A program made the translations under genes and the position numbers. Shown here in pieces: positions 9,228 through 18,008 of a DNA stretch of 42,914 bases; position 1 is the first letter of the stretch, and the number at the start of each line of letters is the position of its first letter. Origin of the DNA: a virus. Taxonomy: Duplodnaviria > Caudoviricetes. The notes below the pieces were generated by a model, which worked only from the letters and a program-made list of their open reading frames with translations, ran no database searches and had not been told where the DNA came from. The stretch is taken from IMG/VR virus record IMGVR_UViG_3300033475_000064, positions 1 through 42,914 of that record. One strand, 5' to 3'.

Positions 9228-10124
9228 GTGAGCACGCTGCCTCCGCTGTGGACGATCGGGTCCTGGTCGGCGTCGCAGGGCGGCCTCGACGACGGCCAGG
9301 GCGCGAACTGGTTGGTGAACAAGGACGCCGGGTGGTTTTCGCCGCTCGGCGTCCGCCAGCTGCACATCGACCGGTACCACGACCACGGTGTGCTCCGCGG
9401 TCGCAACTACCGGCCGCCCCGTGTGGTGACGCTGATCGGGGTGTGCTCAGCCGCCAGCCCGGCGGCGATGGGCGCCGCGCTCGACCGATTCAACGCGTTG
9501 CTCTCGGACGGCGGCCTGTCGCAGCTGCTGGTGACCGAGCCGGCCGGCGGGCAGCGGTCGGCAATGGTGGAGATCACCGACGCCAGTCAGGCCGAACCGT
9601 TCAACAGCACCGAGTTCGACTTCCAGCTGGTGCTGACCGCGCAGGACCCACGGAAGTACGCCGCGCAGCAGTCCGCCACCACCGGCCTGCCTGCGGCGTC
9701 GGGCGGATTGGACTGGGTCACCGGCGGCGGCCTGAACTGGGTGACTGGCGGCGGCCTCAATTGGGGCACCGTCACCTCCAGCGGCTCACTGGTCATGACC
9801 AACTCGGGCACTGCGGAGACGTGGCCGACGTTCGTGATCCGGGCCGGCGCCAACGCGCTGACCACGCCGGGCATCACGATCACCGTGTCGGGGGCGACCC
9901 TGTTCTACAACGGGACCCTGCAAGTCGCCGACGAGCTCACGATCGTCACCAACCCGATCGGCCGCTCGGTGCTGCTCAACGGTGCGGCCGACCGGCGGAA
10001 CCTGCTGACCACCGCGCAGTGGTCGCCGATCGCGCCCGGCGCATCGGTCTCGGTGGCCTTCTCGGCCGCCTCGTACACGTCCACGGCATCCCTGGAGGCC
10101 CGATGGTCTCCGGCTTTCTGGTGA
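9228..10124 (+). CDS. Distal tail (Dit-like) minor tail protein
   Basis: First gene after TMP; LTAQDPRKY and NSGTAETWPTF motifs. Confidence 0.8.
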   Translation: MSTLPPLWTIGSWSASQGGLDDGQGANWLVNKDAGWFSPLGVRQLHIDRYHDHGVLRGRNYRPPRVVTLIGVCSAASPAAMGAALDRFNALLSDGGLSQLLVTEPAGGQRSAMVEITDASQAEPFNSTEFDFQLVLTAQDPRKYAAQQSATTGLPAASGGLDWVTGGGLNWVTGGGLNWGTVTSSGSLVMTNSGTAETWPTFVIRAGANALTTPGITITVSGATLFYNGTLQVADELTIVTNPIGRSVLLNGAADRRNLLTTAQWSPIAPGASVSVAFSAASYTSTASLEARWSPAFW

Positions 10125-10133
10125 GGAGGAGCC

Positions 10134-11327
10134 GTGGCAACGAACGTCGCGATCGACGGCGCGTGGACGCTACAGCTGACCAACACGATGTTGGCCGGTC
10201 GGCAGCAGCTGGCCGGCCTGCTGATCCCCGGAGCGTCCGGGGATCCGACGACGATCCGTTCCGGTGTGCTCACGCGCACCACGCTCTCCGGTGTTACCCA
10301 AGACTTCCTGGTCAAGTCGCGTACTGACGTCGGCTCGCTCAAGGTGGATGTCCTGCCGGGCAACGCAATCATCAATCGCACCGGCCAGGGCCCCTACGAG
10401 CTGTTCAACTTCAGCACCCGCACGCCGGTGCTGTCCGCGTCTTCCTCGTCGAATCCGCGCATCGACCGGATCGTGCTGCACGCCTACGACGTGACCGGTC
10501 TGGCCGACACGAACCCCAACTCCGCGGGCGTCAACGCCGCCTACGTCGAGGTCGTCACCGGCACGCCGGCCGCGTCGCCGGTCGCGCCGACTGTCCCGAC
10601 CAACTGCCTGTCCCTGGCGCAGGTCCTGGTGCCGACGAACGCGGCCAACTCGTCCCAGCTGACTGTTACCGATGAGCGAGTCTCGACCTCGCTTGCCGGC
10701 ATGGCACGAGCCATGCTGCCCGGCGACTCGGCCACCATGACGGTCCCGGCCGCCTACGGTGACGGCGAGCGTCGCTGGGTGCTCGGCACCGGCGGCACCG
10801 ACGCGCGCGAAGACGCCTGGGTTGGTGGCCGGTGGCAGCCGCAGTTCCTGTCCAGTGGCCGCGGCTACGCCAGGTACTACCGGTCCGCCGCGCTGAACGG
10901 AATCTTCAACGCCACTGAGTTCAAGCAGCAACTCGACGCGTCGAGCGACACCTGCCCGGAGATCACCGCGGCCGCCGGCGGCGGGTACCCGACGAACACC
11001 GACTTCACCTTCAACCTGGCCGGCGAGTGGTTCGTGTCTTCGACGATGCGGTTCGTCAACCCGGGTGGCCTATCGGGAAGCGGCATGTACCTGGAGGCGC
11101 GCATCGCAGCCGCCAGCGGATCGAGCACAAACGTCTGGGACCTCAATTCCACGAACGTTCCCGCCAACGCCGGCGCGTCCATGACCAACCGGACCTGGGC
11201 GCATGTCAAGGCCGCGGTCGGCGACACCATCTCGGTGTACTACAAGCAGGGCACCGGCGTCTCGCTGAACCTGGACGTGGGCGCGCCGTCGTACAACCGC
11301 ATCGAGTTCCGCTACGTGGGGCCGTGA
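10134..11327 (+). CDS. Minor tail protein, possible receptor-binding protein
   Basis: NPRIDRIV...VVTGTPAASPVAP..LAQVLVP N-terminal module common in actinophage minor tails; beta-rich C-terminus. Confidence 0.75.
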   Translation: MATNVAIDGAWTLQLTNTMLAGRQQLAGLLIPGASGDPTTIRSGVLTRTTLSGVTQDFLVKSRTDVGSLKVDVLPGNAIINRTGQGPYELFNFSTRTPVLSASSSSNPRIDRIVLHAYDVTGLADTNPNSAGVNAAYVEVVTGTPAASPVAPTVPTNCLSLAQVLVPTNAANSSQLTVTDERVSTSLAGMARAMLPGDSATMTVPAAYGDGERRWVLGTGGTDAREDAWVGGRWQPQFLSSGRGYARYYRSAALNGIFNATEFKQQLDASSDTCPEITAAAGGGYPTNTDFTFNLAGEWFVSSTMRFVNPGGLSGSGMYLEARIAAASGSSTNVWDLNSTNVPANAGASMTNRTWAHVKAAVGDTISVYYKQGTGVSLNLDVGAPSYNRIEFRYVGP

Positions 11328-11328
11328 C

Positions 11329-12483
11329 GTGACGTCGCCGAGTCCGATGTGGACGGTGCAGCTGTTCGACACCCGGACCGGCCGGATCGTGAACAACGAT
11401 CTGGCCGTGACCGGTCAGCCGCGTTTCAGCCGGCCACTCAACGGGTCTGGGACTGTCGACTTCGAAGTGCTGATTGCAGATCTGACGCCGCTGTCCCGGC
11501 AGGAGTTGCGCGGCCAGATGTCGGGCTGGCGGTATTCGGCAGCCCTGTGCTACGGCAACTACGTGGTGCAGGCCGGCCCGATCCTGCCCACCAAGTTCAC
11601 CGACAGCAGCAGCGTGCTCCAGGTGGGCACGGGGGATATGTGGTCGTTGTTGAAAAAGCGGCAGATCATCAACCCGGCGACGCCGCCATCGCCGACCACG
11701 GCAGCGTCGCTGTTGCCGATGGACTCGACGCGGGACACCGTCTTCACCAACCTCGCGTTGCACGACATCGCCACCCATCTGGTGTCCAACTCGTGCAGTC
11801 GAACCGGATTCGATCTGCCGATCGATTTCCCGTCCGACGTCGGCGGCACCAGCTCGAAGACGTATCCGATCTACGACCTGGCCGACGTCGCGGCCCGACT
11901 GACTGACCTCTCGCAGGTGGCCGGCGGCCCGGATGTCGACTGGCAGTGGTACTTCGACCCGGCCAACCCCGGGTACCTGCGGTGCCAGATGCTCGTCGGC
12001 AACCCGACCCTGGCGCAGACCGGGCTGTCCCTGATCTGGGACTACGGCTCGAACCTCACCAGCGTCGACGTCGACTCCGACCCGACCGACCTGGCGCGCG
12101 GCGTGTACGTCAAGGGCAACGCCACCGAGCGAGCCTCGACCGTGGCCTACGCGGAGAACAACACGCTGACCGCGGCTGGCTGGCCGGGCCTGGAGTGGGT
12201 AGACAACACTCACACCTCGGAGACGGACTCCACTGCGTTGCAGGGGTACGCCACGGCCGACATCGCATTCCACTCGACCCCGATGGAGACGTGGACGGTG
12301 ACCGTGGCCGTTGCGCAGGCCCCGTTCCTCGGCGACTACGCCCCCGGCACCAGCGCGGTGTTCAACCTGGTCGGGCACCTGTGGAAGACCGATGGTGCGT
12401 ACACGCACCGGATCGTCGGCATTCAGGACGACACCGAGATCACGGTCAAGTTGTTGCTACAGGCCACACAGGGCGTCCTGTGA
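11329..12483 (+). CDS. Minor tail protein (baseplate hub/Tal-like)
   Basis: FSRPLNGSG, QAGPI, GGPDVDW, GWPGLE motifs typical of siphovirus hub proteins. Confidence 0.75.
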   Translation: MTSPSPMWTVQLFDTRTGRIVNNDLAVTGQPRFSRPLNGSGTVDFEVLIADLTPLSRQELRGQMSGWRYSAALCYGNYVVQAGPILPTKFTDSSSVLQVGTGDMWSLLKKRQIINPATPPSPTTAASLLPMDSTRDTVFTNLALHDIATHLVSNSCSRTGFDLPIDFPSDVGGTSSKTYPIYDLADVAARLTDLSQVAGGPDVDWQWYFDPANPGYLRCQMLVGNPTLAQTGLSLIWDYGSNLTSVDVDSDPTDLARGVYVKGNATERASTVAYAENNTLTAAGWPGLEWVDNTHTSETDSTALQGYATADIAFHSTPMETWTVTVAVAQAPFLGDYAPGTSAVFNLVGHLWKTDGAYTHRIVGIQDDTEITVKLLLQATQGVL

Positions 12484-12496
12484 GAGAGGTGTCCAC

Positions 12497-13114
12497 ATGG
12501 GACTGAACGTGTCGGACAGCGACCTACGCAGCGAATTCGACCAGCTCAAGCGACGCATGGCCGAGCTCGAACGCAAGACGTTCTCGAACCTGTCGGTCAC
12601 GGATCCGCTGACCGGCGTGAAGATGTTGCAGATCGACGAGGATGCGGCGAACGGCAACGCCGCCCGCATCCAGATCCGGGACCAGGCCGGCGCGATCCTC
12701 ATCGGGAACGACACCGTGTCCGGCTGGGGATTCGCCTGGCCCATCATTTCCTACCCGATGTATCCCTACAGCGCGTTCAAGCTCTCCACCACCCTGGGTG
12801 TGCTTGACGGGCTGTGGAACGGCGGCGTGAACGTCCTGTCCCGCAAGGTGGGTTGGTCCTTCTGGATCGAGGGGTCCGGCACGGTCACGTCAGTGGAGTG
12901 GCGGTTCTCCTGGCTGAGCAACAACACTCCGGACACCACGATCACGCAGCAGACGACGTCCGGTCTGCCCACTCTCGTGGCCGGCAACTATCTGCTGCCC
13001 AGCAACCAGATCAACAAGGGCGTCGTCTTCACCGTCCAGGCACGCGTTGCCGCAGGTTCCGGCTCGGCCGCCTGTACCCCCTATTACGTCCAGACACGCG
13101 GCCAGGCCGTGTGA
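12497..13114 (+). CDS. Minor tail protein
   Basis: ATG 12497 after GAGAGG; N-terminal coiled coil (LKRRMAELER) then beta-rich domain. Confidence 0.65.
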   Translation: MGLNVSDSDLRSEFDQLKRRMAELERKTFSNLSVTDPLTGVKMLQIDEDAANGNAARIQIRDQAGAILIGNDTVSGWGFAWPIISYPMYPYSAFKLSTTLGVLDGLWNGGVNVLSRKVGWSFWIEGSGTVTSVEWRFSWLSNNTPDTTITQQTTSGLPTLVAGNYLLPSNQINKGVVFTVQARVAAGSGSAACTPYYVQTRGQAV

Positions 13115-13141
13115 TTGTCCACAATAGACAGAGGGGGTGCC

Positions 13142-13375
13142 GTGGGTGATCTCGCCACGCTGCTCACCGCGCTGGCTGCCGTCATCACCGGTGTCGGCAG
13201 CAGCGTCGCCGGCGTCATCACGGCCCTGCGCCGCACCTCCCCGCGCGAGCGCGAGCGGGCTGCCGAGGAAGTCCTCGAGGAGCTGCTCGACGCGGCCGCC
13301 GACGGCAACCTCTCCGACGACGAGGTCGCCCGCCTGCGGCACATCCGCGACGACCGGAAGGGGCTCGGTCAGTGA
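13142..13375 (+). CDS. Single-TM lysis-cassette membrane protein
   Basis: GTG after GAGGGGG; hydrophobic N-terminal helix, charged C-terminus. Confidence 0.6.
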   Translation: MGDLATLLTALAAVITGVGSSVAGVITALRRTSPRERERAAEEVLEELLDAAADGNLSDDEVARLRHIRDDRKGLGQ

Positions 13376-14025
13376 CTGACGACGCGCGAGAGACGATCGT
13401 GGCACCGGCCGCCCAGCGTGCCCGAGACGTCGGCGGGCACCGCGGGATCTGGATCGCCGGCGCCCTGGCGGTGTTGAGCATCCTGGTCCTGGCCGGCTTG
13501 ATGCTGTTGCGTTCGTCGACGCAGCAGGCGCAGATCGACGCGCTGACGACGTCGGCGGCCGAGAACCACAGTGCGGCGCAGCAGTTGGCCGACCAGGTGC
13601 GGCAGCTCGGCGGCGTGCCGGCGACACAGCCGCCGCCGATGACCGGGGCGCAGGGTCCGCAGGGCCTCCAGGGCCTGAAGGGCGACAAAGGCGATCCGGG
13701 CCAGCCGGGCAAGGACGGCAAGGATGGGCAGAACCCGCCGTGCCTGTCGACACCGGCCCAGTGTCAGGGCGCCAACGGCATCGACGGCCAGCCCGGCACC
13801 GCAGGGCAGGACGGTGCCAACGGTGCGCCGGGCACGAAGGGCGACAAGGGCGACAAGGGCGACCCCGGTGCGCAGGGGCCGCCGGGGCCGACGTGCCCGG
13901 ACGGCTACAGCCTCGGGCCGGCCATTGTCGTGAGCCCGGACGGCTCGACGCATCAGGGCCTGGCCTGCATCCAAAACCCGCCGCCGACGACCTCGAGTTC
14001 GTCGGCGCAACGGATCGGGAGGTGA
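13372..14025 (+). CDS. Membrane-anchored collagen-like protein
   Basis: TM helix (IWIAGALAVLSILVLAGLMLL), coiled coil, two Gly-X-Y tracts, four Cys. Confidence 0.8.
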   Translation: MTDDARETIVAPAAQRARDVGGHRGIWIAGALAVLSILVLAGLMLLRSSTQQAQIDALTTSAAENHSAAQQLADQVRQLGGVPATQPPPMTGAQGPQGLQGLKGDKGDPGQPGKDGKDGQNPPCLSTPAQCQGANGIDGQPGTAGQDGANGAPGTKGDKGDKGDPGAQGPPGPTCPDGYSLGPAIVVSPDGSTHQGLACIQNPPPTTSSSSAQRIGR

Positions 14026-14906
14026 CCGGCGTGCTCGGTCTCGACTACAGCGGCGGCCGGCCGTCGGGGGCCGCCGTGGCGCGCGCCGGCTACGGCTTCG
14101 TCGCCCGCTACTTGCCCAACGGTCTGCTCTCCAGCCGGGTCAACCTGTCCGCCGCTGAGGTGGCCGACATGCACGCCGCCGGCGTCCAGGTCGCGATGGT
14201 GTGGGAGTCGGCCGCGAACCGGGCCGCCGGCGGCCGGGCGGCCGGCATCGCGGACGCGACGATGGCCGCGGCGCAGGCCAAGGTCGTCGGTCTCGACGGC
14301 CAGCCCATCTACTTCGCGGTCGACTTCGACCTGCCGGACTACTCCCCGGCGGCGACCTCACCACGCGCGAAGCTGGGCCCGGTCGGCGACTACTTCGATG
14401 CCGTCGTCAGCGTGCTGGGCGTGGCCAGGGTCGGCGTGTACGGCGGCTACTGGGCGGTCCGACGCTGCCTGGACGCCGGCCTGGCCAGCTGGGCGTGGCA
14501 GACCGCAGCGTGGTCCGGCGGCAACGTCGACCCACGCATCCACCTGTTCCAGCGTGTCGGCACCGTGAAGGTGGACGGGGTCGACTGCGACGTCAACGAG
14601 GCCCGCAAGGACGACTTCGGGCAGCAGGGAGACACCATGACCCCCGAGGACCTCCTCGACCTGCCGATCAACCGGGCCGGCGACGAGACCGGCGTGACCA
14701 GCCTGCGGCAGATCGTCGCCTGGTTCGACTCGGACCTCAACGGCCTCAAGGCCGCGCTCAACGCCCGGCTCGACGCCATCGAGGCGAAGTTCGCCGCGGC
14801 CACCGCGCCGACGATCGACTACGACCAGCTCGGCGCGGCGACCGCCAAGCACATCCACCTGACCGCCACCGCGACTGCTGGCGGCGACCAGCCGGCCACC
14901 TCCTGA
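14022..14906 (+). CDS. Endolysin, DUF1906/Rv2525c-like glycoside hydrolase
   Basis: GLDYS, FVARYL, PIYFAVDFD, GVYGG, WQTAAWSGG, VDCDVN motifs; followed by holin. Confidence 0.9.
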   Translation: MTGVLGLDYSGGRPSGAAVARAGYGFVARYLPNGLLSSRVNLSAAEVADMHAAGVQVAMVWESAANRAAGGRAAGIADATMAAAQAKVVGLDGQPIYFAVDFDLPDYSPAATSPRAKLGPVGDYFDAVVSVLGVARVGVYGGYWAVRRCLDAGLASWAWQTAAWSGGNVDPRIHLFQRVGTVKVDGVDCDVNEARKDDFGQQGDTMTPEDLLDLPINRAGDETGVTSLRQIVAWFDSDLNGLKAALNARLDAIEAKFAAATAPTIDYDQLGAATAKHIHLTATATAGGDQPATS

Positions 14907-14914
14907 GGAGCGCC

Positions 14915-15136
14915 ATGTTCACGAAGCAGTTCTGGTCCGGCGCGCTCGAGCGCGCGCTGAAGACCTTCGGGCAGTCCGTCCTGGCCACGCTCGGCGTCGG
15001 CGCGACCGGCCTGCTGCACGCCGACTGGGGCACCGCGTTGGACGTCGGCGGCATGGCCGCCGTGATCTCGGTGCTCACGTCGCTGGTCACCGTCACCCAG
15101 GTGACGAAGACCGCGCCGGCCAGCACCCAGCAGTAG
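14915..15136 (+). CDS. Holin (r1t family)
   Basis: MFTKQFW..ALERALKTFGQ...SVLTSL signature with two TM segments; GAGGAG RBS. Confidence 0.9.
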   Translation: MFTKQFWSGALERALKTFGQSVLATLGVGATGLLHADWGTALDVGGMAAVISVLTSLVTVTQVTKTAPASTQQ

Positions 15137-15150
15137 CACCCCGCACAGCG

Positions 15151-15190
15151 AACGCCCCCCGTGCTCTTCGGAGCGCGGGGGGCGTTTCGT
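15151..15190. terminator. Intrinsic terminator between convergent late and accessory units
   Basis: AACGCCCCCCGTGCTC-TTCG-GAGCGCGGGGGGCGTT, 16-bp stem with C(UUCG)G loop and short T tract. Confidence 0.85.
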
Positions 15191-15201
15191 GCGTTCAGGG
15201 G

Positions 15202-15615
15202 TCAGTGCACGATGTATGAGCACATCGCCGGCGTCTTCGGGTCCACCGACGTGTTCTCGGCGACAGTCCGACCGTCCAGGGCGATCGAGCAATGCGAGCT
15301 GACCACATCCGCTGCCGCGCCGCCGGCGACCATAGCGATCTTCCCCTCGGCCAAGCGCACCGTCTTCGACAACGCCACCGCCCCCGTCCGGGCGTCTGTC
15401 ACGGACCCGCTGTCCGCGACGTACGTGTACGGGGCATCCACGCCCGGCACGCTGTAGAGGTAGGTCACCGCGTGCGTGCCGCTGTCGGCACTGCGTGTCG
15501 GCGTCGAGCTGGTGCTGCTGGTGGCGGCCGCGTTCTGTACGGTGCCCGTCGAGCAGCTGGCGAGCGCGAGCAGCACGGCCGCGGCGGCGCCGATGACGGT
15601 CAGGATGGTGCGCAC
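15202..15615 (-). CDS. Lipoprotein with MmpS-like beta-sandwich
   Basis: Signal peptide with lipobox LLALASC; S/T linker; VTY...CSIALDG.TV.E...C pattern; GGAGG RBS. Confidence 0.7.
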   Translation of the reverse strand: MRTILTVIGAAAAVLLALASCSTGTVQNAAATSSTSSTPTRSADSGTHAVTYLYSVPGVDAPYTYVADSGSVTDARTGAVALSKTVRLAEGKIAMVAGGAAADVVSSHCSIALDGRTVAENTSVDPKTPAMCSYIVH

Positions 15616-15722
15616 GTTCCGGTCCTCCAGCTCTGCTTGGTTGCCCGGGGCATCGCGGCACCGGCGAATGCTGTTACGACGTGCTGCTCACCAGCGGGGT
15701 TGCCGGGGTCACCCGTTCGGCG

Positions 15723-15884
15723 TCAGTCGTCGTCCAGGAGCCCGGCCGCGATGGCCGCGGCCTTCATCGCGTCGTACGAAGCCTCAGCCGCCTTCTGGTC
15801 GGCCTTGTTCCCGGATGCGGCGGCCTGCGTCGTCTTCTCCGCCGCGTCGCCGACCATGCGGGCGATGCGCTCGTCTCGTCCCAT
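15723..15884 (-). CDS. Small helical protein, 53 aa (not in ORF track)
   Basis: AGGAG RBS; MGRDERIARMVGDAAEKTTQAAASGNKADQKAAEASYDAMKAAAIAAGLLDDD*; GC3-rich codons. Confidence 0.7.
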   Translation of the reverse strand: MGRDERIARMVGDAAEKTTQAAASGNKADQKAAEASYDAMKAAAIAAGLLDDD

Positions 15885-16027
15885 TCGTTACTCCTGGCTG
15901 GTTCGGGATCCGCCGGGCCGCAGGTACGGCAGCGCCTGGACAGGCGCCGCAGGCCGTCCTTCGTTCCGTGCTCCGCCGGAGATCCCCATCAGGGCCGGCG
16001 GCGGTGACGTTGACGGCCCGGCGGAAG

Positions 16028-16363
16028 CTACTTGTCGGGGCTGCCCTCGTCGCTGGTGGGCGTTGTCGGCACGGGCCGGATCGGGCAGCTGCCGCAATCG
16101 CAGCGGATGTCGTGTGTGACAGGCATGTCGATCACCTCCGCCTTTGCGCGTGGGCGGATCGCCTCGGTGATGACGCTGGCTAGGCGGCCGCCGTTCTCGT
16201 AGTTCATGACCAGGCGCACCGGGGGCTGCTTCGGGCTACGCGGGTCGTCGATCGCGACGACCACGTGCACGTCGGAGATGTCGACGACGGTCATCGTCAG
16301 CCACGGCAGGGCCAGCTCTACGACGAGCGGCGCGCCGGTGTTGTTGTCGGCGAGGATCAGCAC
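16028..16363 (-). CDS. Hypothetical protein
   Basis: GTG 16363 after GGAGG; globular composition; C-terminal HDIRCDCGSC. Confidence 0.65.
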   Translation of the reverse strand: MLILADNNTGAPLVVELALPWLTMTVVDISDVHVVVAIDDPRSPKQPPVRLVMNYENGGRLASVITEAIRPRAKAEVIDMPVTHDIRCDCGSCPIRPVPTTPTSDEGSPDK

Positions 16364-16878
16364 GCCGCACCTCCGAGTTGGAGCACGGCGGCGGCGGGCC
16401 GCTCGGGGTCCTCGCCCGCCGCCGCCGTGAGTTTGGGGCCGCCGTGCCCCAGGGTCCATGGGGTGGGGGACACGGCGGCCGGGAGCCCGGACGTGATCAA
16501 GCAGTCGACGACGTCCGGGGTTTGGGTGCCCGCCCCGACACGGGGGGCCTCAGAGGATGAAGCGTCGGGGCGGGCGGTCGACCCGGCGGCGATCTCTCCG
16601 GGGAGGGAGGTCGTCGCCGGTGCTGAGGCCCTGGCCGGCTCGCCGAGCACCGTCCGGCCGGGACGATGTTGGCAGCCGACCAGGGGTCGGCGGGGCGCGC
16701 CATGCATGATCGGGCGCACCTGGAGGTGGGAGGTGGGCACGTACCTCGACTCGCCGGTCCAGCGGAGTACCCAGTCCTGGACCGTCAATGTGCGCCACGC
16801 GGCCAGCGTCAGCGCTCGGATGCCGGCGCCGAGCAGGAGAGCCGCGGCCAGACCGGCGATGACGTACTGCGGCTGCAT
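16357..16878 (-). CDS. Hypothetical membrane protein; 3' half overlies hairpin array
   Basis: ATG 16878 after GGGAGG; N-terminal hydrophobic helix; low-complexity Pro/Ala C-terminus. Confidence 0.45.
   Translation of the reverse strand: MQPQYVIAGLAAALLLGAGIRALTLAAWRTLTVQDWVLRWTGESRYVPTSHLQVRPIMHGAPRRPLVGCQHRPGRTVLGEPARASAPATTSLPGEIAAGSTARPDASSSEAPRVGAGTQTPDVVDCLITSGLPAAVSPTPWTLGHGGPKLTAAAGEDPERPAAAVLQLGGAAC
16384..16685. other. Array of six abutting inverted repeats
   Basis: Stems at 16384-16429 (16 bp perfect), 16437-16480, 16486-16519, 16528-16575 (12 bp perfect), 16583-16620, 16629-16685. Confidence 0.8.
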
Positions 16879-16992
16879 GGCACCTCCCAGGTTGATGGCC
16901 CACCCCGCGAACCTGCGATGGCGCCGCGGGGTGGGGTCCCCGGGATCGGCGGTCGTGCTTTGCGTCACCTCGGAGACCTGTCACACCGTACC

Positions 16993-17036
16993 CAGGAAAT
17001 GTTTCCTGAGTCGAAGTCCGATCGGGTGAAACTTCG
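16993..17036. promoter_or_regulatory. Operator-like inverted repeats in the divergent region upstream of XRE gene
   Basis: CAGGAAA-TG-TTTCCTG (16993-17008) and CGAAGT...ACTTCG (17012-17036). Confidence 0.5.
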
Positions 17037-17093
17037 GGATCTCGTCCAGCACCGTGCACACTGATCGAGGCACATGGACCCCAGGGAGGATCG

Positions 17094-18008
17094 ATGCCGG
17101 TCAGTCCGACACTCAGGCAGAAGAAGCTGGCCAAGGCCATCAGGAAGGCGCGCGAAGACGCCAAGCTGACGATTGCCGAGTGCGCGAGGCTCTCCAGGTT
17201 GCAGCCGGGCACCCTGTCGAAGATCGAGAACGAGCGGCAGGCGATTCTCGCCCGGACCGCGAAGGGGATCTTGCAGGCCTGCGGCGTCGGGGTGCCTCTG
17301 CTCGACACCCTCATGCGCATCGCGGACGAGTCGGAGACGGTCGGCTGGTGGCTCGCGTACAGCGACTCCGTGCCCGACTGGTTCCGGGACTACGTCGAAT
17401 TGGAATCGGACGCCGAGGAGATCCGCACCTACTCCGCCGAGCTCGTCGACGGTCTGCTCCAGACGCCGGCATATGCCGAAGCGATCGTTCGCGCAAGTGA
17501 GCCTGATCTCAGCGCGGCTCAGCTGGCGCGGGCGGTCCAATTGCGTGAGGCGCGGCAGGCGCAGCTGGAGCGGGAATCGCCGGCGCGGCTCCGAGTCGTG
17601 CTCAACGAGGCGGTGATTCGCCGGCCGGTTGGCGGTCGCGATGTGATGCGTGAGCAGTTGCAACACCTGATCGAGATGAGCCGCCGCCCGAATATCGACG
17701 TGAGGGTGCTGCCGTTCAGCGGCGGTGCCCACCGGGGCATGAAGGGTTCCTTCACGCTGCTCGGGTTTCCCGGCGACTTCGCGGACATGGACTGCGTGTA
17801 CCTCGAATCGGAGACCGGTGCGCTGTGGCAGGAACGTCCAGGCGACATCGACAGGTACACCGCCATCTTCGGATCGTTGACCGGGCTGGCCCTATCGCCG
17901 AAAAAGACGCGGGACGTGCTAGCTAGCCTGGTAGGCGATTCAACCTGCGATGGCGAAGGGAGTGTGGGTGACCACACAGGCAATGGAGCTGAGGTGGCGG
18001 ACGAGTAG
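17094..18008 (+). CDS. XRE-family HTH regulator with DUF5753 domain (Scr1/WhiJ-like)
   Basis: HTH (TLSKIENER), GWW..YSD, YVELESDA, GLLQTPAYA, VLNEAVIRRPVGG, VRVLPFS.GAH. Confidence 0.92.
   Translation: MPVSPTLRQKKLAKAIRKAREDAKLTIAECARLSRLQPGTLSKIENERQAILARTAKGILQACGVGVPLLDTLMRIADESETVGWWLAYSDSVPDWFRDYVELESDAEEIRTYSAELVDGLLQTPAYAEAIVRASEPDLSAAQLARAVQLREARQAQLERESPARLRVVLNEAVIRRPVGGRDVMREQLQHLIEMSRRPNIDVRVLPFSGGAHRGMKGSFTLLGFPGDFADMDCVYLESETGALWQERPGDIDRYTAIFGSLTGLALSPKKTRDVLASLVGDSTCDGEGSVGDHTGNGAEVADE

Noticed and set aside
10134-13114. Diversity-generating retroelement acting on tail genes
   Set aside because: No reverse transcriptase and no template/variable repeat pair seen.
15888-16097. 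Extra leftward ORF
   Set aside because: Low complexity, no clear SD, overlaps neighbouring ORF; a short 33-aa version is possible but unsupported.
16384-16685. Hairpin array as CRISPR or attC array
   Set aside because: No repeated unit sequence or spacers, no cas genes, no integron integrase signature.
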